NCBI GenBank assembly: GCA_965262915.1
Contig: OZ253564.1
Span: forward strand, 608,001 to 672,000
DNA: 64,000 nt
Source: Candidatus Spongiisociaceae bacterium
GTDB lineage: Bacteria; Actinomycetota; Acidimicrobiia; Spongiisociales; Spongiisociaceae
Direction: 5' to 3'
Part shown: piece by piece, positions 62,469 through 64,000 of the stretch
Layout: each line of letters begins with the position of its first letter
Numbering within the stretch: position 1 is the first letter of the stretch
Position numbers and translations under genes: made by a program
Notes under the pieces: generated by a model
Told to the model about the DNA's origin: nothing
The model's input: only the letters and a program-made list of their open reading frames with translations
Databases searched by the model: none

Positions 62469-63644
62469 GTGGGCGTAGGAGACCGACCGGTCCGCGAAGT
62501 TCTCACCCTCGACCTCGACCCGGTCCAGGTCGAAGCGACCGCCGGCTACCCGCTGGCGGGTGTGCACAGCTTCGGACGCGGGCTGTTCCAGAAGAATGAT
62601 CTTCGAGGGTCCGACACAAGCTACAAGAAGCTGCATCGTCTACGAAGAGGTCATCTGGTGGTGGGCAAGATGAGAGCCTTCACGGGAGCGGTCGCTGTCG
62701 TACCTCCCGAGTTCGATGGGTTTCACCTATCTCCCGAGTTCCTGACCTTCTCATGCCGAGACGGGAAACTCGACGAGGTATTCCTCTCACACTTGTGTGC
62801 CTGGCCCGACTTCTGGCAGCGGCTCGCGTCCTCATCTAGGGGACTCGGCGCTCTTCGCGGGCAGGTCCACTCCGCGCGGTTTCTCGAGACCCGGCTTCCG
62901 ATTCCAGATATCGATAGCCAGCGCAAGGTTGGCCAAACACTGACCCTTCGCAGACAGCAGGTCGAGGCTTTGGATGCGAGTGGCAAGCGGGCAACGGAGC
63001 TGAGCGAGGCTGCAACTGTCGCTCTTGCGTGCAGGCGTGATCTCTCCAAGTCGGAGAAGATGGCAAGAGGTTGGACGAAGGTCCCGCTGCGCCTTCTGAT
63101 GGAGCAAGTTGCTCACCCGGTCTCGGTCGATCCGACGGAGACATATCCAAACCTCGGTCTCTACAGCTTTGGCCGAGGCGTCTTTCGGAAGGAACCGATC
63201 GAGGGCTCCCGGACCTCGGCCACGACGCTGAATCGCGTCAGCGCCGGGCAGTTCATCTACTCCAAGAAGTCCGCTTTCGAAGGCGCCTTCGCTCACGTTC
63301 CCACCGAGTCCGACGGCTTCTTCGTGTCCGGCGAATTCCCGACGTTCCAGACTCACGCCGATCAACTGGATGCGCGCTGGCTGGCGACCTATATGCGATC
63401 GGAGTCGAACTGGACGGAACTTGGCACTACGAGCAAGGACCGCAGCCGGCGCCGACAACGAGTGCATGTCGACTCCGTCCTGGACTTCAGGATCTGGAAA
63501 CCGCCACTCGCGGAGCAGCGCCAAGTCTGGCGGAAAGTTCAGATCCTCACCCTTCATCGGAAACTGCGAGTTGAGGTAGAACCAGTTGTCGCGGCGCTCT
63601 GGCTATCGATACTCAACGAGCTTGTGACCGTACCGACCGCGTAG
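62469..63644 (+). CDS. hsdS: Type I R-M specificity subunit
   Basis: Two TRD-like halves, each followed by P....Q helices (PIPDIDSQRK, PPLAEQRQ); directly downstream of hsdM. Confidence 0.85.
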   Translation: MGVGDRPVREVLTLDLDPVQVEATAGYPLAGVHSFGRGLFQKNDLRGSDTSYKKLHRLRRGHLVVGKMRAFTGAVAVVPPEFDGFHLSPEFLTFSCRDGKLDEVFLSHLCAWPDFWQRLASSSRGLGALRGQVHSARFLETRLPIPDIDSQRKVGQTLTLRRQQVEALDASGKRATELSEAATVALACRRDLSKSEKMARGWTKVPLRLLMEQVAHPVSVDPTETYPNLGLYSFGRGVFRKEPIEGSRTSATTLNRVSAGQFIYSKKSAFEGAFAHVPTESDGFFVSGEFPTFQTHADQLDARWLATYMRSESNWTELGTTSKDRSRRRQRVHVDSVLDFRIWKPPLAEQRQVWRKVQILTLHRKLRVEVEPVVAALWLSILNELVTVPTA

Positions 63645-63779
63645 CCGGCGCATGGTCAGGCGCACGAGGAGGTCGCGCAGACCCCGCGGCGTGTAGCTCA
63701 CAGGCATCATAGGTGGCGCCGGAGCCCACGACCCACAGTTTCCCTAGTAGTCGGGAGGCCGAGCGTTGCGCCTCGGCGG

Positions 63780-64000
63780 TCAGCTGATCAGCGATAGCAC
63801 AACGTCGGGTGTCGTCGATGCGTTGTAAACGGTGAGGTCGGAGAGCTTGACGCGGCGGCGGTTGCCCACCCGACGATGCGGTATGTTGCCTTCATCTAGG
63901 TGTCTCACGAGATACGGCCTGGAAACGTTCAACAGGTCGGTGGCCTGGGCCACGTCCACCAGAGGCAGGTCCTGGCGCCGGCGCCCGGCCGCCACCGAGG
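63780..64000 (-). CDS. Excisionase-family (HTH_17) DNA-binding protein, 5' end outside the window, possibly degenerate
   Basis: [38 protein letters not shown]. Confidence 0.75.
   Translation of the reverse strand, partial: SVAAGRRRQDLPLVDVAQATDLLNVSRPYLVRHLDEGNIPHRRVGNRRRVKLSDLTVYNASTTPDVVLSLIS

Overview
High-GC actinobacterial DNA; the SLH-anchored RCC1/LRR/FN3/cadherin proteins suggest a host-associated Acidimicrobiia-type symbiont (inference). The window opens with the 3' half of a probable glmS ribozyme, then glmS and acpS. The remaining ~60 kb is an accessory region rich in IS elements (IS982, IS3, IS30, IS110, IS21, IS1380, ISL3, mostly broken) and large SLH surface proteins. It also holds a HigBA module, an ISL3-bounded composite transposon, an MMPL gene and an AbiE-hsdM-hsdS operon lacking hsdR. 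The best candidate for an undescribed system is the translationally coupled cluster at 14299-25599. It encodes MauE-like, MauD-like and MauF-like proteins, the last with an in-frame UGA at the conserved SP[C]G position followed by a SECIS-like hairpin (putative selenoprotein). These are followed by a 2837-aa SLH-FN3 protein, a Tat-exported 14-Cys peptide and an unknown protein, with a 3x39-bp AT-rich repeat upstream. No MauB or MauG is present in the window. Caveat: many single-base frameshifts could be real decay or sequencing/assembly errors.
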